Below, in pieces: positions 17,956 to 25,986 of a stretch of 38,206 bases of DNA. Made by a program: the position numbers and the translations under genes. The notes beneath the pieces were generated by a model. It did not search any database, was not told where the DNA came from, and saw only the letters and a list, made by a program, of their open reading frames with translations. Position 1 is the stretch's first letter. Each line of letters begins with the position of its first letter. Source of the DNA: Eubacterium sp. (GTDB lineage: Bacteria > Bacillota > Clostridia > Lachnospirales > CAG-274); the NCBI GenBank assembly GCA_020859645.1, contig JAJBVU010000272.1, positions 1-38,206 on the forward strand, given 5' to 3'.

Positions 17956-18819
17956 TCACCGTCCGCCCGAAAGTCTGTGCCTTAAAAGAGTCACAGTGCA
18001 TTTTAAGCCAATGGCGGCGTGAAAAAACAAAGTACCTGCCCTTCCGTGTTTCCTGTTGTAATATTTGTCATAAACATATGTAATTCCGTTATAAAAGCTT
18101 TTTATGCTGTCGGCTTTCTTGGTGTAAAGACCGCTTCTGCCCTTAAGGTGTATCATATGGATATCTCCCTTATAGACAATTTTAAGCCCCAAAAGCTCTA
18201 TTCTGCGGCACAGGTCTATATCCTCGCCGTGCATAAAAATGTTTTCGTCAAAGCCCCCTGTTTTTAAAAACACCTCCCTCGGCATAAGCATAAACGCCCC
18301 GGACACACATTCCACTTGAGCGGTTTCCTCCTCTGAAATATAGGTCATTCTGTAGCCGCCTATTTTTTTGCTTTTCGGAAAAAGCCTGTCAAGGTGTGAA
18401 AAGTAGCAAAAAGCCCTAAATGGAGTGGGAAAGCCCCTTTTGCAGCCATGGTCAAAGCTTCCGTCCTCTAACAGTGTTCTTATGCCCAAGCATCCCACGT
18501 CCGGTTTTTTCCGCATAAAGTCAACAGCCTTAACAATGGCATTGTCCTTTAAAATTGTGTCTGAATTGAGAAAAAGTATAAAGTCGCCCTCAGCACGCCT
18601 TGCTCCGAAGTTGGAAGCCGCCCCGAAGCCCCTGTTGGGAAGCCCCTTAAATACCTTAACTCTTTCATCATCCGAAGAAAAAACCTCTTCCTTAACAGAT
18701 GAATTGTCACAGACAATAACCTCGCACTTAAGCTCTCCCGATGTTTCGAAAAACGCCTTTACAGTCTGAGCGCAGAGGTCTTTAGTGTTGAAATTTACAA
18801 TTACTGCCGATAAATCCAT
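17956..18819 (-). CDS. GT2-family glycosyltransferase
   Basis: LSAVIVNFNT start, CDNSS, and a LNSDT DxD-like motif. ATG at 18819 is preceded by GGAG. The track start at 18861 lies inside leader hairpins. Confidence 0.75.
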   Translation of the reverse strand: MDLSAVIVNFNTKDLCAQTVKAFFETSGELKCEVIVCDNSSVKEEVFSSDDERVKVFKGLPNRGFGAASNFGARRAEGDFILFLNSDTILKDNAIVKAVDFMRKKPDVGCLGIRTLLEDGSFDHGCKRGFPTPFRAFCYFSHLDRLFPKSKKIGGYRMTYISEEETAQVECVSGAFMLMPREVFLKTGGFDENIFMHGEDIDLCRRIELLGLKIVYKGDIHMIHLKGRSGLYTKKADSIKSFYNGITYVYDKYYNRKHGRAGTLFFHAAIGLKCTVTLLRHRLSGGR

Positions 18820-18834
18820 AAAAACTCCATATCC

Positions 18835-18893
18835 GCAGGAAAGGCGAAGTCCCCTGCACAAAAATTTCTTTCGGAAAAGACGAAGTCCTCCGA
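18835..18893 (-). promoter_or_regulatory. Twin stem-loops in the 5' UTR of the GT2-GT2-proC operon
   Basis: Two 23-nt hairpins (18835-18857 and 18871-18893). Stems are 5 bp and differ (GCAGG/CCTGC versus TCGGA/TCCGA). The 13-nt loops are identical at 12 of 13 positions. Confidence 0.5.
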
Positions 18894-18900
18894 TAAAACA

Positions 18901-18929
18901 ATCTTACCCTCAAAGCTAATATTTGTCAA
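18901..18929 (-). promoter_or_regulatory. Sigma-A type promoter of the GT2 operon
   Basis: Minus strand: TTGACA, 17 nt, TAAGAT. The predicted start coincides with the first of the twin hairpins. Confidence 0.5.
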
Positions 18930-19011
18930 TTACCCCTTTGACGCAAATTCCGCCAAAAAAATTATCATTAAGCCGCCGAGAAAAAAATTCCGACGGCTTT
19001 ACAGGTACATA

Positions 19012-19806
19012 TTAAAGCTTAATCGTTTCTCCCGGCTTTATTTCAACAGGCTCTTCATCGACCGAAAATGTCAGCTTAAGCGCCGTCGGGTTATAAACAA
19101 TCGAGCAGTCGGCAGAAAAGCGCAGAGCCTTAAGGGCGTTCATATAATCCACAAACTCAATATTCGTACAGTACCAAATGTCGGGCTTTCCGGACATCAT
19201 TTTGCAGAACTCCTCGATAAGCTCCCAGTTATTGTCTCTGTCAAATTCGTAGCTGTGACCCCAAACATACATTAAATGAGGGCGGTTTTTATAGGGCTGT
19301 TCCAAAAAGGCCTTGCCTAAGGCTAACAAATCCTGATTGTGGTGGCAGGTGCCCTCCCAGCGTAAAAAGTCTTTGGGGATTTTGAAATCGTGGGTTGTTT
19401 CCACTGCACGGCAGTATTCAATTCCGCAGCTTTTAAGTATAGAAACAACTCTGTCGTCATAAAGTCCGTTGGGGTAGCTCATACCTCTGACAGGGTAGCC
19501 TACAAGGCTTTCCAAACCCTCTCTGTCTCTCATAACCTCTCTGACAATGTTTTCCGAGGGAGAAATCGAAAGAGACTGGTGTGTCAATCCGTGAGCCGAA
19601 ACCTCGTGACCCTTATACAGCTCCGCAAGCTCCTCCGCTTCAATTCTTTCGGGTCGGGGCAGAAGCCCGTAGTTTACATGGAAAGTGCCTCTTATTCCAT
19701 ACTTGTTGAATATGGAAACAAGTCTGCGGTCGGGAGTTTTTCCGTCGTCATAGCTCATTGTAAGAGCCTTTCGGGTGTTGTTTGGAAAACGGTCAAAATT
19801 AATCAT
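19012..19806 (-). CDS. Polysaccharide deacetylase (CE4/NodB homology)
   Basis: TMSYDDG (motif 1) and SAHGLTH (motif 2, H-x4-H type). GGAGG RBS. Confidence 0.8.
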   Translation of the reverse strand: MINFDRFPNNTRKALTMSYDDGKTPDRRLVSIFNKYGIRGTFHVNYGLLPRPERIEAEELAELYKGHEVSAHGLTHQSLSISPSENIVREVMRDREGLESLVGYPVRGMSYPNGLYDDRVVSILKSCGIEYCRAVETTHDFKIPKDFLRWEGTCHHNQDLLALGKAFLEQPYKNRPHLMYVWGHSYEFDRDNNWELIEEFCKMMSGKPDIWYCTNIEFVDYMNALKALRFSADCSIVYNPTALKLTFSVDEEPVEIKPGETIKL

Positions 19807-19842
19807 AAAATACCTCCTAAAAATTATTTTTTCTTTTACTCA

Positions 19843-19871
19843 ATTATAAGGTTTTGAGGATAATTTTTCAA
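19843..19871 (-). promoter_or_regulatory. Sigma-A type promoter of the deacetylase gene
   Basis: Minus strand: TTGAAA, 17 nt, TATAAT. Confidence 0.5.
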
Positions 19872-19986
19872 TAGAACGGGTCGAAATTTTTTTAAATATA
19901 TGCGACCTGTTTTTGCAAAATATGAAGCTTCTCTGTGGTAAGCTTTAAAGAACATATACTATATTACATATGAGGAGCTGTTAAAG

Positions 19987-21171
19987 ATGAAAAACGAACT
20001 TAAGGCAAACATAAAACAGATTGGCTCAATACCCAAGGGAAACGCCGTCTACATTGAGGACTATGTTATGACATTCATAAAATATATGGAGGAACGCCGG
20101 GTCTGCGATGAACTGATTTTTCTGCTTTTGGGCAAAACCTCGGAGCAGGAGGGTGAGGAAGCCCTTTTTATAAGCGGAGCGGTGGAAGGGACTGACCTTA
20201 TCAAAAAAGGTTCAATAAGCGTGTTTTCCCCCAAAGGTTGGGAAGAAGCAATTAAGCGGAAGGACAAGTTCTTTCCCGAGCTTGAAATCGCCGGGTGGGC
20301 ATACGTTCAGCCGGGCTACGGCGATTTTTTAAACGAAAGCCACACAGCCTACCATTTGGACACATTCAAAAAGCCCTTTCAGGTTCTTTATATAACCGAC
20401 CCTTTGGACAAGTCTCAGGTTTTCTACCGCAAAAGAGGCAAGGCGGAAGAGCTTATGCCCATAAACGGTTATTACATATATTACGACAAAAACGAGCCTA
20501 TGCACGAATATTTGTTAGGGGTGAAAAAGGAAGCGGCGCTGACCGAGCCTAAAAAGGAAAATTTGACGGAAGAGGTGGACAGCATGATCGGGGCAAAGCT
20601 TCGGCGGAGAAAAATAAACCAAAAATCACCATTTAATTTTTCGCTGCCCTCACTGCCAAAAATAATAAGGGAGACTAAGGAGCAGGAAACGGCAGAAACC
20701 GAGGAAGCCGAGGGTAAGGCTGTTCCTCTTTTGGGCTATTTAAGCTTTGCACTTCTGTTTGTGACGGTTATAATCGGCGGAGGGCTTTTGAAAAGTAATT
20801 CCAGAATAGAATATTTGGAAAAACAGGTTGGGTCGCTGGGGAAAAATTATATTGCTTTGAGGGAGAATGTTGAAAATACTGAAAAGTCAATAGAGGTTTT
20901 TGCACAGGCGGAGGAAGCCGCCGAGCCTGTTACCGAAGCTGTGACAGAGAAGCCGACAGAAGCGGTAACCGAAGCGGCAACAGCAGCGGCTGAAACGGCA
21001 CAGGTACAGCCCGAATACAGGGAATATACCGTTCAGTCGGGAGACACTCTTTTATATCTTTCGAGATATTTTTACGGAACAGAGGACAGAGTGGAGGATA
21101 TTATGGCGGCTAATAATATGACAGACGCAGATAAGCTTATTGAGGGTAAAAACATAAAAATCCCTCAATAA
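19987..21171 (+). CDS. Membrane protein with degenerate MPN/JAB-like N-domain, one TM helix, coiled-coil/acidic linker and C-terminal LysM domain
   Basis: GWAYVQPGYGDFLNESH aligns to the JAMM core GW-HSHPG-G--LS--D but lacks both His. TM segment LLGYLSFALLFVTVIIGGGLL. C-terminal LysM YTVQSGDTLLYLSRYFYG...IKIP. GAGGAG RBS. Confidence 0.7.
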   Translation: MKNELKANIKQIGSIPKGNAVYIEDYVMTFIKYMEERRVCDELIFLLLGKTSEQEGEEALFISGAVEGTDLIKKGSISVFSPKGWEEAIKRKDKFFPELEIAGWAYVQPGYGDFLNESHTAYHLDTFKKPFQVLYITDPLDKSQVFYRKRGKAEELMPINGYYIYYDKNEPMHEYLLGVKKEAALTEPKKENLTEEVDSMIGAKLRRRKINQKSPFNFSLPSLPKIIRETKEQETAETEEAEGKAVPLLGYLSFALLFVTVIIGGGLLKSNSRIEYLEKQVGSLGKNYIALRENVENTEKSIEVFAQAEEAAEPVTEAVTEKPTEAVTEAATAAAETAQVQPEYREYTVQSGDTLLYLSRYFYGTEDRVEDIMAANNMTDADKLIEGKNIKIPQ

Positions 21172-21196
21172 ATAATGGCAATTAATGGAAAAATAG

Positions 21197-21225
21197 TTGA
21201 CAATTTCCTTGAAATATGATACTAT
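21197..21225 (+). promoter_or_regulatory. Consensus-like sigma-A promoter
   Basis: TTGACA, 17 nt, TACTAT. Confidence 0.5.
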
Positions 21226-21232
21226 AAGTTAT

Positions 21233-21268
21233 GGCTTTCGGACAGAAGCTTCTGAAAGCCTTTATTTT
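21233..21268 (+). terminator. Intrinsic terminator-like hairpin
   Basis: GGCTTTC...GAAAGCC stem (with an inner AGA/TCT extension), followed by TTTATTTT. It lies 60 nt after the LysM gene stop and immediately after the promoter above. Confidence 0.55.
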
Positions 21269-21331
21269 CACCTTAAAGGTTGCAAAAATGAAACCAATTC
21301 AAAAATAACAAATTTTAAACGGGGGATAGCT

Positions 21332-21781
21332 ATGACAAGACAGGAAGCAGTCAGGAGACTTAAAAACTGGGGCGGCTATATTCAGATTATCAATGGAATT
21401 GAAGAGGAAATAAGAGAAATGAGGCTGAATATAGAACACAACCGAAGCTTAAGAGCCGTCAGCCTTGACGGTATGCCCAAGGGCTCGGGAATACATAAGC
21501 CCACAGAAGAGACCGCTGTTAAAAATATAACCCTTCTTCAGGAGGATATTGCGGCGGCTGAGGACAGAATAAGAGCTGAAAGGGATAGAAAAGCCGAGGT
21601 TGACAGCTTTGTGGAAAGCCTTGACAGACTTGAACAGAAAATTTTAAGGCTCAGATATATTAAAAAGAAAACGTGGCAGTATATTTCTATGAATGTTTAT
21701 TTGAGCCTGAGACAGTGCTACAGGGTTCATAATAAAATTTTGGAGCTGATGTGTGAAAAATTTGATAATGACACAATATAA
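21332..21781 (+). CDS. DUF1492-like sigma-70 region-4 type transcriptional regulator
   Basis: ATG at 21332 with a GGGGGA RBS. The C-terminal LEQKILRLRYIKKKTWQYISMNVYLSLRQCYRVHNKILELM matches the region-4 HTH pattern of phage-type DUF1492/ArpU-like activators. The track start at 21197 overlaps the promoter and terminator. Confidence 0.6.
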   Translation: MTRQEAVRRLKNWGGYIQIINGIEEEIREMRLNIEHNRSLRAVSLDGMPKGSGIHKPTEETAVKNITLLQEDIAAAEDRIRAERDRKAEVDSFVESLDRLEQKILRLRYIKKKTWQYISMNVYLSLRQCYRVHNKILELMCEKFDNDTI

Positions 21782-21782
21782 A

Positions 21783-21826
21783 AAAGTATTCCGCAGGCAT
21801 AAAATCTGCGTCTGCGGAATACACTT
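21783..21826. terminator. Bidirectional terminator between convergent genes
   Basis: ATTCCGCAG...CTGCGGAAT, a 9-bp stem. On the minus strand it is followed by ACTTTTTTAT. Confidence 0.7.
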
Positions 21827-21874
21827 TAAAGACATAAGAGAACGGGCGGTTTTCTTATGTTTCCTACAGCTTTA

Positions 21875-22201
21875 TCAAACGGCGTTATGAGTGAAGCCGG
21901 CAATTTTACAAATTGGGATTTCGGTGACGCTGCCTACCCAGCCGTTACAGCAGCAGCCTTTTCCGCCGCCCCTGTTATTGGGGAAGCCCGAAAAGCCGTT
22001 GTTTCTGCTGCCTGTGCAGCTGCTGCCCAAAGGACAGGTGGGCGGCTGACCGAAATCGGTAATAAGCTTAATTGTGCAGTCGGTAACAGATGCCAAAACT
22101 CCGGTGAAGCCCTCGCCGGAAAGTCCTCCGCTTGTTGTAAAAACAGTTACTGTCTGACCTATAAATTTCCTAATGCTTTCAACAAGTGAACATTCATGCA
22201 T
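21875..22201 (-). CDS. Small Cys/Gly-rich protein with Sm-like N-terminal segment (function unknown)
   Basis: Strong GGGAGG RBS 8 nt before the ATG and a terminator downstream. The N-terminus IGQTVTVFTTSGGLSGEGFTGVLASVTDCTIKLIT resembles small beta-barrel (DUF2642-like) proteins. The C-terminus includes CPLGSSCTG and GCCCNG. Confidence 0.6.
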   Translation of the reverse strand: MHECSLVESIRKFIGQTVTVFTTSGGLSGEGFTGVLASVTDCTIKLITDFGQPPTCPLGSSCTGSRNNGFSGFPNNRGGGKGCCCNGWVGSVTEIPICKIAGFTHNAV

Positions 22202-22210
22202 TCTGTTTTC

Positions 22211-22252
22211 CTCCCTTCGTCTTTTTTATAGTACATACTATGGCGAAGGGAG
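22211..22252 (-). promoter_or_regulatory. Hairpin sequestering the RBS of the Cys-rich gene, with nested palindrome
   Basis: 9-bp stem CTCCCTTCG/CGAAGGGAG. The minus-strand 3' arm contains the Shine-Dalgarno sequence. The loop holds the palindrome ATAGTA-ca-TACTAT. Confidence 0.5.
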
Positions 22253-22260
22253 TATTTTTG

Positions 22261-23007
22261 TTACAAAAAACCTCCGTCGGCTCTTATAATTTGTCCGTTT
22301 ATATATGAAGCACTGTCGGAAGCCAAAAAGCGTACAAGCTCCCCTATTTCCTTGGGAGAGCCGAACCTCATTAAGGGAATTTCCTCCGCAAGATCATTTT
22401 TTTCCTCTGCTGAGAGAAAGCCGTTCATTTCCGTTTCGATACATCCGCAGCTGACGGCGTTTGTTCTTATTCCGCAGGGACCCAACTCCTTGGCAAGGGC
22501 TTTTGTGAAGGAATCAACGGCTCCCTTTGACGCCGAATAAACCGCTTCGCATGAAGCCCCTGACTGCCCCCACATTGAAGAAATGTTTATAATTACGCCC
22601 TTTTTTTGTGAAATCATATGGGGAAGAACGGCTTTCGTAAGGTTAAACATTCCGAAAACGTTTACGTCAAAAAGCCGCTTCCAATCCTCTGCGGGCATAT
22701 CCTGAAAAAGCCCTCTGAAGCTTATTCCGGCGTTATTTATGAGAATATCCGCACCGCCGTATATATGATTTATTTCATTAACCGCCGAATTTACGGCATT
22801 TATATCCGCAACATCGAACTGAAACCCCGTTGATGTGGGGGTTGTTTTCTTTATTTCAGCCAAAACCTCATTCATTTTATCTACATTGTTTACGCAGTTT
22901 AAAATTACATTATACTGAGGTTCGGCAAAGCTTTCCGCAATCGCCCTTCCTATTCCCCTCGATGAGCCTGTTATTAAAACGGTCTTTTTTAAATTATCCC
23001 ACTTCAA
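22261..23007 (-). CDS. SDR-family oxidoreductase (FabG-like)
   Basis: TGSSRGIGRAI and YSASKGAV motifs. 14-nt overlap with the upstream gene. Confidence 0.8.
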   Translation of the reverse strand: MKWDNLKKTVLITGSSRGIGRAIAESFAEPQYNVILNCVNNVDKMNEVLAEIKKTTPTSTGFQFDVADINAVNSAVNEINHIYGGADILINNAGISFRGLFQDMPAEDWKRLFDVNVFGMFNLTKAVLPHMISQKKGVIINISSMWGQSGASCEAVYSASKGAVDSFTKALAKELGPCGIRTNAVSCGCIETEMNGFLSAEEKNDLAEEIPLMRFGSPKEIGELVRFLASDSASYINGQIIRADGGFL

Positions 23008-24652
23008 AACAGCTGCCTCCTATAAACTCCCTGACAAGAGAGGTTGCCGGAATATTGTCATTATCCACCGCAAGAAAATAGTTGAAAAACTTCAAAAGCC
23101 GCTTGGCTTCAATTCGTTCCGGGCAGTCTTTGGGAACGGCGTAAAGAAGAGGTTCAGCCCAAACCTTAAGAGCTGCAAGCTCATAAACAAGGGAGGAGTT
23201 GAAAATAATGTCTGCGTCCTCCTGATAAGGGAAAATATTCTTTTCTTCTCCACGTCTGACCCCTGGCCACCAGGAAATTGTGGTTTTTGCGTCTGTTCCT
23301 CTGGTTCTTGAGTCTCTTACAATTCGCCTTATAAGTCTGCCGTCTGTTGTGGGAACTCTGTTTCTCTCGTCTATGTTAAGCTGTGTCAGAGGGCTTATAT
23401 AGATTTTGAACTTGGCGTCCTCGGGCATAAAGTCCGAAAGCAAGCCGTTTAAGCCGTGAATGCCCTCTATAACGAAAACGTCATTGTCTCCCATTTGAAT
23501 GAAATTTCCGTTAAATTCCCTTTTTCTGACCTTAAAATTATAGTGTGGAGCTTCTATTCTTTCGCCCCTCAGCAGTGCTTCCATATTGTTCCTGAAAAGG
23601 TCTGTGTCAACGGCTGAAATATTTTCTCTGTCGGGATCGCCGTTTTCGTCTAAGGGAATTTCATCATAATTTCTGAAATAATCGTCTAATGAAATGGGGT
23701 GAGCCTTTAAGCCCAAAGAACGAAGCTGAATTGAAAGCCTTCTTGAAAATGTGGTTTTGCCCGAAGAGGAAGGCCCCGCAATAAGAATAAAGCGGCAGTT
23801 GGGCTTTCCTGCGATTTTATCGGCAATTTGGGCAATTTTTCTCTCCATAAGGGTTTCCTGGGTTACTATAAGCTCCGGCAGCTCACCTCTTACGATTTTG
23901 TTGTTTAGGTCAGCTACTGTTTCAACGCCCATTTTTTTAAGGTCTGAAGAGGCTTCTCTCAGTGCCTTGAAAATTTTAGGCTTGGGAACAAATTCCCCTA
24001 CCTTATCGGGGTTGTTTTTGTCAGGCAGATTTAAGGTCAAGCCCCCCTCATAGGGAGTTACTGAAAAATGCTTAATATATCCCGTTGAGCTGACCATAGC
24101 CCCGAAATAATAATCGTCAAAGCCCCCAATGCTGTAAACATTGACCGCCGACGCACTGCGGAACTCAAAAAGACGGCTTTTGTCATACATTTTATAGCCC
24201 TCAAAAAGTGTAATTGCGTCATCCGTCGCCATAACTCTTTTTTTGATTTCAATGTTTTCAGCGGCGTACTCCTTCATACGCTTTTCAACCCTTTGGGCAA
24301 AGTCTGCGTCAGCGTTTACATCTCCTAAAACCTCCACAAAAAGGCTTGAGCCTATGTTGTAAAGCACCTGAACCTTTTCTATGCGGTCGATGCCTGCTAT
24401 GTCATAGATTGCCTTCATCATAAGAAAGACAGTGCTTCTGCGGCAGCAGTCTCTGCCTATGGGGGTGTCGGCGGTTATGGGTGTAAGACGCATATTTTCC
24501 TTTATGGGGTTATGAAGCTCTTTTATTTTTCCGTCAGCTTCAAAAAGAACAATGTCATATTTAAAGTCATTTTGAATAAGCTTCGCTGCGTCTGAAAGCC
24601 TTTCGCCCTGTTTAAATTCCGTTTCCTTTCCGTTTAAAAAATATTTGGGCAA
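22994..24652 (-). CDS. Uridine kinase/phosphoribulokinase-family P-loop kinase with long N-terminal TGS/ThrRS-like extension
   Basis: Walker A IAGPSSSGKTTF at about residue 290. The N-terminal ~270 aa resemble the TGS plus second-additional-domain region of ThrRS. TTG start with a GGAGGG RBS. Confidence 0.65.
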   Translation of the reverse strand: MPKYFLNGKETEFKQGERLSDAAKLIQNDFKYDIVLFEADGKIKELHNPIKENMRLTPITADTPIGRDCCRRSTVFLMMKAIYDIAGIDRIEKVQVLYNIGSSLFVEVLGDVNADADFAQRVEKRMKEYAAENIEIKKRVMATDDAITLFEGYKMYDKSRLFEFRSASAVNVYSIGGFDDYYFGAMVSSTGYIKHFSVTPYEGGLTLNLPDKNNPDKVGEFVPKPKIFKALREASSDLKKMGVETVADLNNKIVRGELPELIVTQETLMERKIAQIADKIAGKPNCRFILIAGPSSSGKTTFSRRLSIQLRSLGLKAHPISLDDYFRNYDEIPLDENGDPDRENISAVDTDLFRNNMEALLRGERIEAPHYNFKVRKREFNGNFIQMGDNDVFVIEGIHGLNGLLSDFMPEDAKFKIYISPLTQLNIDERNRVPTTDGRLIRRIVRDSRTRGTDAKTTISWWPGVRRGEEKNIFPYQEDADIIFNSSLVYELAALKVWAEPLLYAVPKDCPERIEAKRLLKFFNYFLAVDNDNIPATSLVREFIGGSCFEVG

Positions 24653-24688
24653 TATAATCCCTCCTTAAAAAGTCAACTGTAACTGAGT

Positions 24689-25645
24689 TTAAGTTTCCGA
24701 AAATGCTCTTTTTAAAATTTCCTTTATTTGATCAAGGCTTTGAACCCTGTTGATTTCGCTTCTTGCATTCGCCGCTCCCTTTGTTCCCTTAATATAGTGA
24801 CAAAGATGTGTCCGCATTTCACGCAGAGCAACATATTCTCCCTTAAGGTCTGTTAAAAGCCTTGTGTGAAGCAGTGCTGTTTCCAGCCGTTCCTCAGGTG
24901 AGGGAGGGGGCGGAGTTACTCCTGTTTTAAGATATGCTTTAATCTCTCTGAATATAAATGGATTTCCCATAGCGGCTCTTCCTATCATAATTCCATCGCA
25001 GCCTGTGGTTTTAATCATATTTTCCGCAGATTTGCCGTCTGTTATGTCGCCGTTTCCTATAACAGGAATTTTCACTGTTTCCTTGACCTGCCTTATTATG
25101 TCAATATCCGCTTTTCCGCTGTAAAATTCGTCTCTCGTTCTGCCGTGAACGGTTACGGCGGCGGCTCCGCTTTCTTCACATATTTTGGCTATTTCACAGG
25201 CGTTTGCTTCATTATAGCCCTTTCTGATTTTGACAGTCAGGGGAATAGTCAGAGCCTTTGAAACAGTTTCCACGATTTTCCCCACGAGAACGGGATTATT
25301 CATAAGGGCGCTTCCCTCGCCGTTTTTAACTATTTTAGGCGCAGGGCAGCCCATATTTATGTCTATAAGGCTGACGCCCTCTGCTTCAAGCCGCTTTGCC
25401 GCTTCGCTTAAAATCTCGGGCTCAGAGCCGAAAAGCTGAACGCAGAAGGGGTTTTCGTTTTCGGCTTTTGAAAGCAAAATTTTTGTGTTTTTGCTGTTGT
25501 ATATAAGCCCCTTTGCACTGACCATTTCCGTATAGGAAAGGTCTGCCCCCTGTTCCCGACAGATATATCGGAAGGATCTGTCTGTGAAGCCTGCCATAGG
25601 GGCGAGAAAAACATTTCCCTCTGTTGAAAGTCCTCCTATTTTCAT
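24689..25645 (-). CDS. dusB: tRNA dihydrouridine synthase
   Basis: LAPMAGFTDRSFR, INMGCP and VHGRTR motifs of Dus-family TIM-barrel flavoenzymes. Confidence 0.85.
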   Translation of the reverse strand: MKIGGLSTEGNVFLAPMAGFTDRSFRYICREQGADLSYTEMVSAKGLIYNSKNTKILLSKAENENPFCVQLFGSEPEILSEAAKRLEAEGVSLIDINMGCPAPKIVKNGEGSALMNNPVLVGKIVETVSKALTIPLTVKIRKGYNEANACEIAKICEESGAAAVTVHGRTRDEFYSGKADIDIIRQVKETVKIPVIGNGDITDGKSAENMIKTTGCDGIMIGRAAMGNPFIFREIKAYLKTGVTPPPPSPEERLETALLHTRLLTDLKGEYVALREMRTHLCHYIKGTKGAANARSEINRVQSLDQIKEILKRAFSET

Positions 25646-25986
25646 AGCTTTTCACCTTTTATAAAGACCCTGAACCAAAGGTTAAGCTTTTCAATAAGGT
25701 CTTTTTCTTCTCTTTCCAAACGGCTGCACTCTAAGCCTGCCCCTATTTCGTCAAAGGCAAAGTCATTTTCCTCTGCTCTTGTTTCAAAATAAACCTCTCC
25801 GTCGTCATAAAAGCCCATTGAGAAAATGCAGTGAAGCTTTTCCGCAAGAGTTACCACCTTTATGTGGATTTCTTCTTTAATCTGTTTTGGCAGATCCTTA
25901 TATTTATCGTTAAAATAATATTTCTGCTTATATACGCTGGCGGCGCAGATTACGCTTTTGCCGTATTCGTTTTCATAGTCACTCAT
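25642..25986 (-). CDS. Conserved hypothetical small acidic protein
   Basis: It overlaps both neighbours by 4 nt, which suggests translational coupling in the birA-dusB operon. I recognise no motif. Confidence 0.5.
   Translation of the reverse strand: MSDYENEYGKSVICAASVYKQKYYFNDKYKDLPKQIKEEIHIKVVTLAEKLHCIFSMGFYDDGEVYFETRAEENDFAFDEIGAGLECSRLEREEKDLIEKLNLWFRVFIKGEKL

Noticed and set aside
21857-22189. 110-aa plus-strand ORF (Ala/Gly-rich) overlapping the Cys-rich gene
   Set aside because: It is the antisense shadow of the minus-strand ORF. It has no RBS, whereas the minus-strand ORF has a GGGAGG RBS and a terminator.
25408-25655. Two short minus-strand ORFs (68 and 77 aa) at the dusB 5' end
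   Set aside because: They are alternative frames inside dusB. The Dus motifs are in the 318-aa frame.
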